A DNA stretch of 46,934 bases from a virus. Taxonomy: Duplodnaviria; Caudoviricetes. The translations under genes were made by a program, and so were the position numbers. The first letter of the stretch is position 1; each line of letters opens with the position of its first letter. The stretch is from IMG/VR virus record IMGVR_UViG_3300017965_000001, positions 1-46,934 of that record, one strand, 5' to 3'. The notes under the pieces were generated by a model. The model was not told the DNA's origin. It did no database searches and saw only the letters and a list, made by a program, of their open reading frames with translations. Shown here one piece after another: positions 1-9,378 of this stretch.

Positions 1-123
1 GGCATGGCGTGCGTGTGGTCGCTGCGGACAAGCGACGTTGCCGAGCCTTGCGCGTTGGCGCCGCCGACCGTGAGCGCGACGGGCGTGCCGATGCTCACGG
101 TGTGCCGATGGTCGTGCCGCGCA
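1..123. repeat. Terminal direct repeat, copy 1 (assembly overlap of a circular contig)
   Basis: 1-123 is identical to 46812-46934, and the minus-strand reading frame continues in phase across the junction. Confidence 0.95.
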
Positions 124-2147
124 GCGGTCGTGCCGACGCCGACGGCGTTGGTCGCGTTGTCGACGTTGACCGGCGCCGTGCTCGTGAGAGCCGCGGCGGC
201 CGCTGCGATGCCGTCGAGTTTGGTTTTGTCGGCCGCGCTGAGAAAGCCCGGGACGCTGGCCGTTGCGACGTCCGGCATCGCGTGCTGGTGGTCGCTTCGC
301 GCGAGCGACGTGGCCGAGCCTGTGCTCTGCGCGCCGGCGACGGCGAGCGCCGACGGCGCTCCCGTCGAGACGCTGTGCACGTGGTCGCCCCTGGCTGCGG
401 CCGTCTCGACGCCGACAGCGGCGGTCGTGACAGTGATTTGCGTCGGCGCGGTCGCCGTGAGCGCCGCGGCGCCGCTCGAGACGCCGTCGAGTTTTGTCTT
501 GTCGCCGGCCGAGAGGAATCCGGCCACGGATGTGGTCGCCGGGGCGTGCAGCGTGCCGTCGGTCTGCGCGGCGTGCGCGTGCACGTGGTCGGCTCGAGCC
601 GCTGTCGTGCCGACGCCGACCGAGCCCGAGAACGCAACGGCCGCCGGCGCCGTGCTCGCGAGCGCCGCAGCGCCGCTCGAGACGCCGTCGAGTTTTGTCT
701 TGTCGCCGGCCGAGAGGAATCCGGCCGCGGATGTGGTCGCCGGGGCGTGCAGCGTGCCGTCGGTCTGCGCGGCGTGCGCGTGCACGTGGTCGCTTCGAGC
801 GGCAGTCGTGCCGACGCCGACAGCTGCGGTCGTGCCGACGTTGGCCGGCGCCGAGCTCGTGAGCGCGGCCGCCGAGCTGGCAACGCCGTCGAGTTTTGTC
901 TTGTCCGCGGCGGAGATGAATCCGGGCACGCTCGGCGTTGCTGCGGCGTGCTGGGTGCCGCCGCCGCGGGCCCCGTGCTGGGCATCGGTTGCGAGCGTGC
1001 CGACCTGCACGGCGTCGGCAGACACGACAACGGACCCGTCGGCGTGCGCGACGACGTCGAGCGAGTTGGCGGTCTTCGTCAGACCGGCACCGGCGACTAC
1101 CTGCGACGCACCCGTAAAGCGGGTGAACGTGAGCGGCGAGGTGCCGAGCGCGATGGGTGCGTCGGTCGAGAGTATCCACCCGCTGTCTGCATTGACGGTG
1201 CCGGCGGTGATAAATATCACCATGCCCGGAAGCAGCTCCTCGCTCGAGTCCGCGTCGGTGCTGCGCACCCATGCGCCGGCGTCGTTCGCGATGTAGATGC
1301 CGTTGGCCGCGGCCGATGCCTGCGCGGTGAGCAAGACACGGTCGCCGTTGACCGTGGCTATCGAGTCGATGACTTGCGTATTCGACGCCGTGATAGGCGT
1401 CGTCGCGACGAGTCGACACGGCGTGCGCGTTCCGGCGCGGTTGACTGCAGCGAGCACGGTCGCAAGCGGCACGGCGTCGTCTGGTAGCAGCGGTGTGCCG
1501 ACGTTGTGGATGATGTGCCCGGCGGCGTCCTGGTTGCCGGTAAACGGTATCGTCCCGTCGGCGCGCAAGAGGTTGTCTGACAGCTCGGGCGCGAGCTTGT
1601 CTTCGGTGATGCTGCCATCCGGGATGACGCCGCCGCCGCCGCTGCCACCGGTCTCGATGGCTTCGACCATCTGCCGGTGAAAGTCGACAAGGGGCCGATT
1701 CGTTGACCCTTCGTTCATCTCGGTCTGCTCGACCGAGGGCACAGTGGGAACTAACGTCGCGTTCGGGTCGTAGCGCTCGGCGAGCCCCGGGTAGTCGATG
1801 TGGTAGCCGGGCGAGCGGATGCTTATCCGCCGCGTGACAGACGACACGACTTCGCCGCTCGCGGTCGCTGTCACGCGCACACGGAAAGGGCCCCAACAGC
1901 CGACATCGTACTCGAGCGTCCAGGTCTCGGGCGCGAGCTCGGTGAGCAGCGGGTTAGAGTTGGGCGGCTCGTCGAGCAGCACGACGTCGACGAGTGCGCC
2001 GGTGGGAATCGAGCCGACCGTAATCGTCACTGGGTACGCGCGCGTCGCAGCGATGGCACCGGTGCTCTTGATGTCAGTGCGGCCGCGGTCGACAGCGCCA
2101 GCGGGAATGCCGGCGTCGGGTTGGTCGAACGTGAGTGTGATTGCCAT
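1..2147 (-). CDS. 5' part of a giant (~1832 aa) repeat-rich tail fibre-like protein; continues at 46811 down to 43460
   Basis: ATG at 2147, just after the stop of the upstream baseplate gene (MAITLTFDQPDAGIP...). The frame is open to base 1 and in phase with ORF 43460..46909. Contains RxDHxH and GFxSAADKTKLDG repeats. Missing from the ORF track because it runs off the edge. Confidence 0.85.
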   Translation of the reverse strand, partial: MAITLTFDQPDAGIPAGAVDRGRTDIKSTGAIAATRAYPVTITVGSIPTGALVDVVLLDEPPNSNPLLTELAPETWTLEYDVGCWGPFRVRVTATASGEVVSSVTRRISIRSPGYHIDYPGLAERYDPNATLVPTVPSVEQTEMNEGSTNRPLVDFHRQMVEAIETGGSGGGGVIPDGSITEDKLAPELSDNLLRADGTIPFTGNQDAAGHIIHNVGTPLLPDDAVPLATVLAAVNRAGTRTPCRLVATTPITASNTQVIDSIATVNGDRVLLTAQASAAANGIYIANDAGAWVRSTDADSSEELLPGMVIFITAGTVNADSGWILSTDAPIALGTSPLTFTRFTGASQVVAGAGLTKTANSLDVVAHADGSVVVSADAVQVGTLATDAQHGARGGGTQHAAATPSVPGFISAADKTKLDGVASSAAALTSSAPANVGTTAAVGVGTTAARSDHVHAHAAQTDGTLHAPATTSAAGFLSAGDKTKLDGVSSGAAALASTAPAAVAFSGSVGVGTTAARADHVHAHAAQTDGTLHAPATTSVAGFLSAGDKTKLDGVSSGAAALTATAPTQITVTTAAVGVETAAARGDHVHSVSTGAPSALAVAGAQSTGSATSLARSDHQHAMPDVATASVPGFLSAADKTKLDGIAAAAAALTSTAPVNVDNATNAVGVGTTAARHDHRHTVSIGTPVALTVGGANAQGSATSLVRSDHTHAM
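459..792. repeat. Near-identical ~133-bp intragenic direct repeats (459-591 and 660-792)
   Basis: Both encode DHVHAHAAQTDGTLHAPATTSxAGFLSAGDKTKLDGVSSGAAAL; a related copy lies at ~45890-45985. Confidence 0.85.
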
Positions 2148-2149
2148 AG

Positions 2150-2749
2150 CTACACCACACCGGCGAGCGCGCCGCCGGTCGTTTGCGAGACGTCTGAAAA
2201 GCCCTGAAATACGTTGATGTCGGGTGTGAACGCGACGCCGCCGAGCGTGAACTGCTCGCCGACAGGGAAGGCCGAGTACGTGACGTCAATGCGCACGCCG
2301 GCAGCTTTCGCCTCATTGAACAGGTCGTGCAGCTGCACGGCGGTGGTGTCCGGCGGCAGACCGATGAGCTCGAGCTTGAACGCGCCGGGGAAGTACTCGG
2401 TCAGGATGACAGTGCCGCTCGCCGGCATGATGGTGCGAGCGATGCCGAGGATGTCAGGCGGCCGGCCGCTCGAGGCGTTGAGCAGCACGCGCGCAGATAT
2501 CCATATCTTGTACGTCTCGTCGTCGCGTCCGGCGCGTGGTTGCCCGACGAGCTCGCCGAGCATGTCGAGCGCATCGCCTTCGGCGCCGGGCAACATGGTG
2601 CCGACGAACACGTCGTAGATGGCGTCTTCGAGCTGTTGAATCTGCTCGAGATAGGTGCCGAGCAGTGCGAGAAACTTCGGGGTGCGCAAGTCGTAGATGG
2701 GCAACGCTTGCCCTTGTGCGACGACTTGCGGGTTGTGCGTGAGCGTCAC
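2150..2749 (-). CDS. Baseplate wedge protein (DUF2612 / P2 gpI-like)
   Basis: AEGDALDMLGELVGQPR..DDETYK and AAGVRI motifs; directly follows baseplate J. Confidence 0.8.
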   Translation of the reverse strand: MTLTHNPQVVAQGQALPIYDLRTPKFLALLGTYLEQIQQLEDAIYDVFVGTMLPGAEGDALDMLGELVGQPRAGRDDETYKIWISARVLLNASSGRPPDILGIARTIMPASGTVILTEYFPGAFKLELIGLPPDTTAVQLHDLFNEAKAAGVRIDVTYSAFPVGEQFTLGGVAFTPDINVFQGFSDVSQTTGGALAGVV

Positions 2750-3924
2750 GGACCGACCCAGCTGGCGCCGGTGAACGTCGCGACCTCTCGCGAGTTAATC
2801 GGCAGCACGTTGTCTGGCGAGGTCGGGATGGCATCCGGTGGCACCGCCGGCGCGAGCGCGATGTCGAGCGTGACGTTGACGACGCCGCGCACTTCGGAGG
2901 CGATAGCGAGCAGCCGAACGAGATAGACGGGCGCGCCGATGGCGAAGTGCGCCGGGCTCGTGACGTCGACGCTGGCTTGCTCGAGCGTCGAGCGGATGCT
3001 GCCGGCGACGTAGCTCGCGTCGACGGTTGCGGCGTAGTTGACGTTGACGATCTTCGTCACTGGGCGAGAGAAGCGCACGTCGTGCGTGATGCCTTCACTG
3101 TCAGTGATGGTCACTGTGGTCGTGCCGTAGGTCTCGATACCCGCGGGCTTGTTGCGCCAGATGGATTGCGCGATGACGCTGTCGGTGCCGCCCGAGACGA
3201 CGATTTCGAAACTGTGAGGCGGCAGTGAGTTGACGACCACGTCGCTGGTGTTTTCGTAGCCGGCGGCCGTGATGACGTTCGGGAGCAGCCGCACGTCGGC
3301 GACGATGCCGGAGAGCGTCGAGCCTTCGCTTGTCGCGCGCAGCTCGGCTTGGCGAATGCGGTACTCTTCGTCGGTCTCGACGTCTTGCCCCGGGATGGCC
3401 GTGGCTGGGTTTGTGACAGCCGTCCAACCCGATGCCGGGCTTTCGATCTTGGTAAGCGTGTCGGCGCCGGCAGTGAGCACGCCGGCCGTCTCCGCGGCTG
3501 CAGCGACGTCGACGCTTGTCGACGTGGTCGAGGTGAGCGCGTCGACGAGCGTCACGAAGCGCACTGTAGGGCGCGCTGGGTCCGACACGACGCTACCCGA
3601 GGGTACGAGCGTGTTCGGCGCCATGGTGAGGTGTAGCGTCGTGAGGGCTTTGGTCGCCGGGCGCCGCGGCACGCCGACGAGCGAGCCGTTGGCGTCGGCG
3701 GCGATGCCTTCGGCGCTCACCGGGTCGTGCGCGTCGTAGACTTCGGCGATCGCCTCCCAGCACGCGGCGAGCTCGAGGGCGAAGGCCATGTTCAAGTTGG
3801 CGATGACGCCGGTCGCCGACGTGTTGAGAGAGCCGTCGACGTTGGAGCGCTGCGACTGGCGAAGCTCGGCGAGTATCTCGTCGACGGTTTTCGCGACGAA
3901 GCCTTCGGGGGTTAGACCGCTCAC
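2746..3924 (-). CDS. Baseplate J-like protein
   Basis: GLTPEGF N-terminus; AEGIAAD, GWTAVTNP, GQDVETDEEYRIR, LPPHSFEIVVSGG and KPAGIETYG motifs. Confidence 0.9.
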   Translation of the reverse strand: MSGLTPEGFVAKTVDEILAELRQSQRSNVDGSLNTSATGVIANLNMAFALELAACWEAIAEVYDAHDPVSAEGIAADANGSLVGVPRRPATKALTTLHLTMAPNTLVPSGSVVSDPARPTVRFVTLVDALTSTTSTSVDVAAAAETAGVLTAGADTLTKIESPASGWTAVTNPATAIPGQDVETDEEYRIRQAELRATSEGSTLSGIVADVRLLPNVITAAGYENTSDVVVNSLPPHSFEIVVSGGTDSVIAQSIWRNKPAGIETYGTTTVTITDSEGITHDVRFSRPVTKIVNVNYAATVDASYVAGSIRSTLEQASVDVTSPAHFAIGAPVYLVRLLAIASEVRGVVNVTLDIALAPAVPPDAIPTSPDNVLPINSREVATFTGASWVGP

Positions 3925-4373
3925 AGGGTGCCCCCTAGAAAGTGCGCGTTGGGCGGGGTGGCGCCGGACGGGGCTCCGGAGTCTTCGGGCACGCCGGCGC
4001 CGTCGAGCGTCACGAGCACGTCGCGGTACACCGGGACTACGGTCCCGTCGGTCGTGGTGACGGTCGCCGAGACGTTGAGCGAGCGCGTCGCGCGGTCGAA
4101 AGCAACCTGCATGCGGTCGACAGTGGCGACGCCGGCGGTCTCCCTAAGGACCTGGCCGAAGACGGCGCGCACGACTTGCTCGGGCGGCCGGCGGTCGAAG
4201 AAGATGGCGCGGTAGTCGATGCCGACGCGGGTATCCAGCGCCCACTCGCCCTTGAATAGGGCCACGCGCAGATTGGCGTCTTGAGCGACGGCGTCGGCGC
4301 CCGTGATGAGCACCAGGTCGCCGCCGGCGATGACGATGTCCCCGTCGAGCGGGTCGAGCGCGAGGTCGGTCAC
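3921..4373 (-). CDS. Baseplate wedge / sheath initiator (gp25/W-like)
   Basis: DLALDP..GDIVI, AVAQD..LR..LFKGEWALDTRVGIDY. I prefer the GTG at 4373 to the 4430 start, which lies inside a repeat array. Confidence 0.75.
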   Translation of the reverse strand: MTDLALDPLDGDIVIAGGDLVLITGADAVAQDANLRVALFKGEWALDTRVGIDYRAIFFDRRPPEQVVRAVFGQVLRETAGVATVDRMQVAFDRATRSLNVSATVTTTDGTVVPVYRDVLVTLDGAGVPEDSGAPSGATPPNAHFLGGTL

Positions 4374-4392
4374 GACGGCCTTTACAGGTAGA

Positions 4393-4448
4393 GTCGACCG
4401 AAGCGCAAGAGCACCGGTGCGCCAGAGCACCGATGCACCGGTGGCTCG
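4393..4448. repeat. 8-bp tandem repeat array A (RTGCACCG family)
   Basis: gtcgaccg aagcgcaa gagcaccg gtgcgcca gagcaccg atgcaccg gtggctcg; intergenic. Confidence 0.75.
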
Positions 4449-4454
4449 AGCCGC

Positions 4455-5228
4455 TTAGTCGCTGCCGACCACGCTCGAGCCGACGGGGGCGGGGTTGGAT
4501 GGGACCTTGGTTGCGGGCAACGCGGTCGAGCCGACGGCGAGCGCGAAAGCGGTCTTGGCAGCGCCGCCGCCGGGAATAGCGCCGATGGCCGTCTCGGTGG
4601 CGATGGTGAGCCGCGAGAGGTCGGCGGCGATGCGCGCGAGCTCGGCGTCGACCTTGCTGGCGAGCGCGACGTGGTCGGTCGGCGCGGCGCTGCCGAGGTT
4701 GACGGCGGTCGCCGTGACATAAATCGCCTTGCCCGTGTCGGAACCGAGCTTTATCGCGTCTGTCGGAACGGTGCTCAACAGGTGACCGTAGGGCGCTGGG
4801 CCGAGCGGTAGGGCGATAGCCCCGTCGAGCGTGTGTGTCCCGAGGTCGCCCGTCGAGATGGCGACCTGGCGACTCTTAGACGCCACGGAGAGCCATTGGT
4901 CAATCGAGCGTTCCGCAAACACGAGCAGCACGAAGTCGCCCGGGGCGAGCGGCCATGTGATCGCGAAACCCCCGCCCTGCGGGTAGGCGATCGGCACACG
5001 GAGAATGACCGGCAGGTCTTCTTCGGCGTAGGGCTCGAAGCCTTCCACGTTGTCGGCGGTCGGCAGTGTGTTGCGCAGCGAGGGCCGCACGTCGGCGCTT
5101 TGCCCGCGGCCGTTGGCATCGGTGTACACCGCGACGATTTGCCCCGGCAGGGCCGTGTGTGCGTCGGCGAGCGACGAAGCGATGGCGAGCTGCACAAGCT
5201 CGGCGAGGTCTGGCGTCGCGAGCGACAT
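4455..5228 (-). CDS. Baseplate central spike (Gp138/gpV-like)
   Basis: HTALPGQIV, VPIAYPQGGGFAITWPLAPGD..LLVFAERSIDQW, HTLDGAIA. Confidence 0.85.
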   Translation of the reverse strand: MSLATPDLAELVQLAIASSLADAHTALPGQIVAVYTDANGRGQSADVRPSLRNTLPTADNVEGFEPYAEEDLPVILRVPIAYPQGGGFAITWPLAPGDFVLLVFAERSIDQWLSVASKSRQVAISTGDLGTHTLDGAIALPLGPAPYGHLLSTVPTDAIKLGSDTGKAIYVTATAVNLGSAAPTDHVALASKVDAELARIAADLSRLTIATETAIGAIPGGGAAKTAFALAVGSTALPATKVPSNPAPVGSSVVGSD

Positions 5229-5269
5229 CTAGGCGCGTAGCGGCAGAGTCGAGCTGCGCGCAAGAGGTG

Positions 5270-6127
5270 TCAGCGCTTGATCGCACTGAGCTCGAGCTCT
5301 GTGCCCCACGAAGCGCCGAACCACTCGCCCTTGTAGGTGACGGTGTCGACGCGATAGACGCCGGAGACATAGCGCGTCTTTAGCTCGACCTGGCGCCCGG
5401 GATACAAGCCCGGGAGCATGAGCGTGCGCGCTTTGACAAGTTGGTCCTTACCGAGCTCTGGCGACTCAATCAGCCCGCTGTGCGGCGACAGCAAGATAGG
5501 CGGGTCCGGCAGCGCCGCGTCACGCGTTGGCAGGAACTGCAGCTCGCCATCTTGAATCGACCACGACAGTCCGCACGAGCGCGTGATGCGGTCTAGCTGC
5601 GCCACGGCGGCGCCACTGGTGGTGATGCCTTTGCCGACCGAGGCTTGACCTGTTTTCCAGTAGCGTGCAGCGTCGGCGACGCTCGCGACGTTGCCCGCGC
5701 CGACGTGCATGGCTGCAGCGATGTCGGTGATAATCTTCGCGAGCGAGGTGCCGGGCACGTAGTTGCGCTGCACGCGCGCGCTCTTCTTCTTGCGCCCGCC
5801 GTCGTCGCTGGTGATGGTGGTTGTCCATTCGGTGTTTTCCCGCGCGCTCCAAGCTTCGGCGAGGTCGCCGCGAAAGATGAGACTGAGACCGGTTTCGGTG
5901 TAGCCTGCTTCGAGCGACACGAAGACTTCGCGCATCGCATGCAGCCGCTTGCGCGTCTCTTCGGAGAGGTTGTGAATGGTGAGGTCACAGCGTCCCGAGA
6001 TTTTGGCCGACAGCGAGCGCTTGACGTTGAACTGAATGTTGAGCTCGGTAATCACCATGTCTTCGACCTGCAGCGAATAGGTGCGGTCGAAGAGCGCGTC
6101 TGCCGGTATGACGGTCTGGTCGGACAT
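5270..6127 (-). CDS. Baseplate hub protein
   Basis: LTIHNLS, VSLEAGY, LIFRGD, WSIQDGELQ, SGLIESP and YKGEWFG motifs; synteny. Confidence 0.8.
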   Translation of the reverse strand: MSDQTVIPADALFDRTYSLQVEDMVITELNIQFNVKRSLSAKISGRCDLTIHNLSEETRKRLHAMREVFVSLEAGYTETGLSLIFRGDLAEAWSARENTEWTTTITSDDGGRKKKSARVQRNYVPGTSLAKIITDIAAAMHVGAGNVASVADAARYWKTGQASVGKGITTSGAAVAQLDRITRSCGLSWSIQDGELQFLPTRDAALPDPPILLSPHSGLIESPELGKDQLVKARTLMLPGLYPGRQVELKTRYVSGVYRVDTVTYKGEWFGASWGTELELSAIKR

Positions 6128-6130
6128 GCG

Positions 6131-6457
6131 TCACCACGTGTCGTCTGTGACGTAGTAAAGCCGAAACCGCTCACCCATCTCGGCGAGCGTAGGCTTCGCG
6201 CCGACGTCGCGCATGTCGAGAAACCAGAGGTCGCCCGGCGGTAGCGCCGTGTTGTAGTGGTATCTGTCGAGCAGCGGATACAGGGTGACCATGCGCACGC
6301 CGACAATCAGCGGGACGCCAGCGCTGTCAGACACATGCATGTGGAAGCATGCGCCGCGCTGGCTCCAGACGATGCGCAGCGCGTAGCTCGAGCCGCTGAG
6401 TTGCACGCGCTGGGTCGAGTCGACGTCGGGCGTCGTGACGATGCGAATGCTTGCCAT
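6131..6457 (-). CDS. Small baseplate plug-like protein
   Basis: QRVQLSGSSYALRIVWSQR..GVRMV..RLYY pattern; lies between Dit-like and hub genes. Confidence 0.7.
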   Translation of the reverse strand: MASIRIVTTPDVDSTQRVQLSGSSYALRIVWSQRGACFHMHVSDSAGVPLIVGVRMVTLYPLLDRYHYNTALPPGDLWFLDMRDVGAKPTLAEMGERFRLYYVTDDTW

Positions 6458-6461
6458 TGGG

Positions 6462-7376
6462 TTAGGGTGTGGTTGCGAGTCCTTCGAGCTTTTCGCGTAG
6501 GGCGGTCAATCCCTGCTTGAAGAGCGTCGTCTTCTTCTTCTGCTCGGGCGAGATTTCCCCGGGCTTGGTGGGTACGGTGTTTTGCGTCCCCTTGGCTTTG
6601 GCCGGCGTCGCGCGGACTTGTGCCGGCAACGGCGTGCCATAGGTCACGCCGACGACGTTGACCATCTGACATTGCGCCGTGAACATGAGTGCGTTGCGTG
6701 AGCCGGACGCGTCACGGGTGACCGACAGCTCGACCATAACGGCGTTCTGATAGACCCGGTAAGCGGTGACGACCTGCACGGGTCTGCGGCGCGCGAACGA
6801 GTCGCGCAGCGCGGCCGCCACAGCGCCGACGCGGTCGACAGAGGCGGAAGCGCTCGGGTCGCCGCCGCGGGCTGCAGCGGGCGAGACGAGCATCTGGGGC
6901 GCGGTCATGGCGAGGTTGTTGAGGATGTTGCGCGGCTGCGAGCGCTCCATGGCGAGCTTGATTTTCGGCCATCTCGGGTCCGAGCCGCGGCGTGTGAGGT
7001 CAGATGCCTGGCCTACGAACGGCAGCACGCTTAACCACGCACCGACTGGCTCGCCTTCGATGGTCTGCGAGACGTACTGGTCGAACGTCGTCGTGATTTT
7101 CTGGCCGTGCGCATCGCGCAGCGCGTAGCTCGACTTGTCGTCGAAGACGAGCCCTTCGGTGTGCGACTTCGGCGCGGTGAGGGGCGTATTGGTGACGATG
7201 CCTTCGAGGTGTAGCGTCTCGGGCGACGTGCGCACGTGGTCGCTCACGTTGGGCCCATCCTCGACCGGAAACTGTGTGCACTGCGCACTCATGCCGTGGC
7301 TCTCGCGGATGCTGCAATCGATCCATATGCGGTCGATTTGCAGGTGGGTGACTTCGCGTTGATAGGCGTCCGCCAT
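6462..7376 (-). CDS. Dit-like / tube initiator baseplate protein
   Basis: DCSIRESH..TQFPVEDG..VSDH..P..LHLEGIVTNTP and VVTAYRVYQN; follows the tape measure. Confidence 0.8.
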   Translation of the reverse strand: MADAYQREVTHLQIDRIWIDCSIRESHGMSAQCTQFPVEDGPNVSDHVRTSPETLHLEGIVTNTPLTAPKSHTEGLVFDDKSSYALRDAHGQKITTTFDQYVSQTIEGEPVGAWLSVLPFVGQASDLTRRGSDPRWPKIKLAMERSQPRNILNNLAMTAPQMLVSPAAARGGDPSASASVDRVGAVAAALRDSFARRRPVQVVTAYRVYQNAVMVELSVTRDASGSRNALMFTAQCQMVNVVGVTYGTPLPAQVRATPAKAKGTQNTVPTKPGEISPEQKKKTTLFKQGLTALREKLEGLATTP

Positions 7377-7384
7377 GTGTCCCC

Positions 7385-9130
7385 CTATGGCGCCGTGCGG
7401 CCGAGCGCGTCTTGAGCGCGGCGCAGTTGGATGTCGGCTGCGCGTTGCTGCGCGCGCGTGAAGTCGGTCACGTTCGCGTTAGGCGGCAGGATGTTGGTGA
7501 TGTTGAGCGGTTGGTTGACGGTCGCGCCGGTTGCCGGTGGGGGGAGCGGCGCCGACATGGATGCACCGCCGGCATACGTGGCGAAGGGGTTGGAGTAGGC
7601 GAGGTCTGGGCGCCCCATGTTTTCCGTGGCTTCGGCTTCGAGCTGGCGCTGCGCAGCGGCGCGCTGTTCGGCTTCGCGCTGCAGGCGCTTGGCGCGCGCG
7701 GCATCGAAGCGCAGTCGACGCTCGCCGGCGGCGGCCGCTTCTTCCGACTCGGCGGCGATGTCTTGCGACTCTTCGTCGGTGATCGGCTTCTCGTAGGTGG
7801 CGCCAAAGAAGTAGCGCCACTGCTTCGCGAGTAGCTTGAGCGTCTCGCCAAACACCCGCAGCCGGCGGTCGTAGCGTTGGAAGGTATCTTCCCAAGGGAA
7901 GTTTTTGACCGCGCGCGTAAACGACGTCCAAGCGACCTCCGCCGCGCCGAGCGCTTCCTTGAACGCCGCGAGGGCCTTCGCCGAGCTGCCGTCGCCGAAT
8001 AGGCCGTCGAGCAGGTCACCGAAGGCCGAGTCGTCGCCGTCGAACCACCCCATGAGGTCTTCGACGATGCCGACGAGCAGAAGCATCTGAGCGGCGACGA
8101 TGCCAATCGCCAGCGCCGCGGGTCCGAAGGCCGAGAGCAGCACGACGCCAAGCACGACCATCGCCGCCTTGAGCACGTGAGTTGTCTTCGTGAGCTCGGC
8201 GAGTTTCTTGATGCCAGTGAGCACCCATCCGAGCATCTTGGTCGCGACCGGCAGAAGCTTTTTTCCGATGTCGGTGGCGAGGTCGCGAATGGAGTCGCCG
8301 AGAGCGCGCTGTCGGTTGGCGAAGCCGTCGGCGGTGCGTGTCGCATCGCCTTGCGCTTTGGTCGTCTGGCTCAGGATGTACGCGTATCGAAGCTCGGTCT
8401 TCTCCGCGACGCTCATGGCCGCAAACTTCTTTTCGATGCCCTCCTTGTGCGCATACTCCTGCAGCGTCGCGTCTTGCATCACGATGCCGAACCTTTTCAG
8501 CGGCTCGCTCTCGCCCGAGATGCCGCTCTTGAGCGCGGCGAGCGCATCGTCGTCGGTGGCATTGAAGAAGCTTGCGAGGTCGACAGCGAGCCCGGCGAAG
8601 CGCGTAGACATCTCTTGCGCTTTGGCGGCATTGCCAGTCATGGGCTCGAGCATGGCGCCGAGCGCGCCGGCGTTGGCTTCTAGCGCGTACTTCGAGCGAC
8701 CCATCTCGCGCGCGGCAGTCTCCGCCCATTGATGCACTTCGGCTTCGCCGTCGGGCCCGAAGACTTGCTGGAGCACGTTGTTGGTTTCATCGGCCGAGCT
8801 CGCCAGCTCGGTCATGTGGGCGATCGCGGAGACGACGGCCGCGCCGCCGATGTACTTGCCGAGCGTCGCGCCGATGGCGGCGCCGATGCCACTCGACCCG
8901 CCCGCATTCTTGGCGATGGCCTTCGCACTGGCGCCGGCGGCAGAGGCAGCGCCGTCGCCGAGGCTACGGCCGGCGCCGATAAAGCGCCCCTTGGCGTCGC
9001 GCATCTTGCCGTCGACGCCTTCGAGCCCTTTCTTGACGCGGTCGAGCCCGGCGTCGGCTTTCTTGAACGCCGCTTCGTCGACCGTTAGGCCGAGCTGCGC
9101 GACGAGCTCGCGCACGACTACGGCGCTCAC
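7385..9130 (-). CDS. Tail tape measure protein
   Basis: VVRELVAQLG start; DLASFFN..ALKSGISGESEPLKRFG; Ala-rich helical protein with a hydrophobic segment; synteny. Confidence 0.9.
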   Translation of the reverse strand: MSAVVVRELVAQLGLTVDEAAFKKADAGLDRVKKGLEGVDGKMRDAKGRFIGAGRSLGDGAASAAGASAKAIAKNAGGSSGIGAAIGATLGKYIGGAAVVSAIAHMTELASSADETNNVLQQVFGPDGEAEVHQWAETAAREMGRSKYALEANAGALGAMLEPMTGNAAKAQEMSTRFAGLAVDLASFFNATDDDALAALKSGISGESEPLKRFGIVMQDATLQEYAHKEGIEKKFAAMSVAEKTELRYAYILSQTTKAQGDATRTADGFANRQRALGDSIRDLATDIGKKLLPVATKMLGWVLTGIKKLAELTKTTHVLKAAMVVLGVVLLSAFGPAALAIGIVAAQMLLLVGIVEDLMGWFDGDDSAFGDLLDGLFGDGSSAKALAAFKEALGAAEVAWTSFTRAVKNFPWEDTFQRYDRRLRVFGETLKLLAKQWRYFFGATYEKPITDEESQDIAAESEEAAAAGERRLRFDAARAKRLQREAEQRAAAQRQLEAEATENMGRPDLAYSNPFATYAGGASMSAPLPPPATGATVNQPLNITNILPPNANVTDFTRAQQRAADIQLRRAQDALGRTAP

Positions 9131-9378
9131 TGGCGGTCCCTTGCTGCGGCGGCTTGGCGGCGGTCTAGTTCATCGTACATGTCGAGCACCGCATGAGCGT
9201 CGTAAAGGTCGTCTAGGCTCCAGTCGTACAAAATCTCCGTTAGGCCGCTGTGGTAGTGGGTGCTGGTTGCGACTCTGTGGATGTCCCAATCGACCCCGGC
9301 GGGGATGGGGCAAGTAACGACATCAGGCCCTTGAGCCGTTCCGCAAGCGTGCTCTTGCCGCTCGCGGTGCCGGCGAAA
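9127..9378 (-). CDS. -1 frameshift extension (gpT-like) of the tail assembly chaperone
   Basis: Open -1 frame from slippery T TTT TTC (9381-9375): ...VDWDIHRVATSTHYHSGLTEILYDWSLDDLYDAHAVLDMYDELDRRQ..., with TGA overlapping the tape measure GTG. Confidence 0.75.
   Translation of the reverse strand, partial: FRRHRERQEHACGTAQGPDVVTCPIPAGVDWDIHRVATSTHYHSGLTEILYDWSLDDLYDAHAVLDMYDELDRRQAAAARDRQ

Noticed and set aside
1-123. Terminal repeat as a biological phage DTR or att site
   Set aside because: It falls mid-gene and in frame, as expected for an assembler overlap on a circular contig.
459-792. Diversity-generating retroelement template and variable repeats
   Set aside because: No reverse transcriptase; the repeats are in-frame shaft modules rather than a C-terminal variable region.
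4-1680. Long plus-strand ORFs (430, 492 and 127 aa)
   Set aside because: Antisense shadows of the GC-rich fibre gene; the same applies to most Arg/Ala-rich ORFs in the track.
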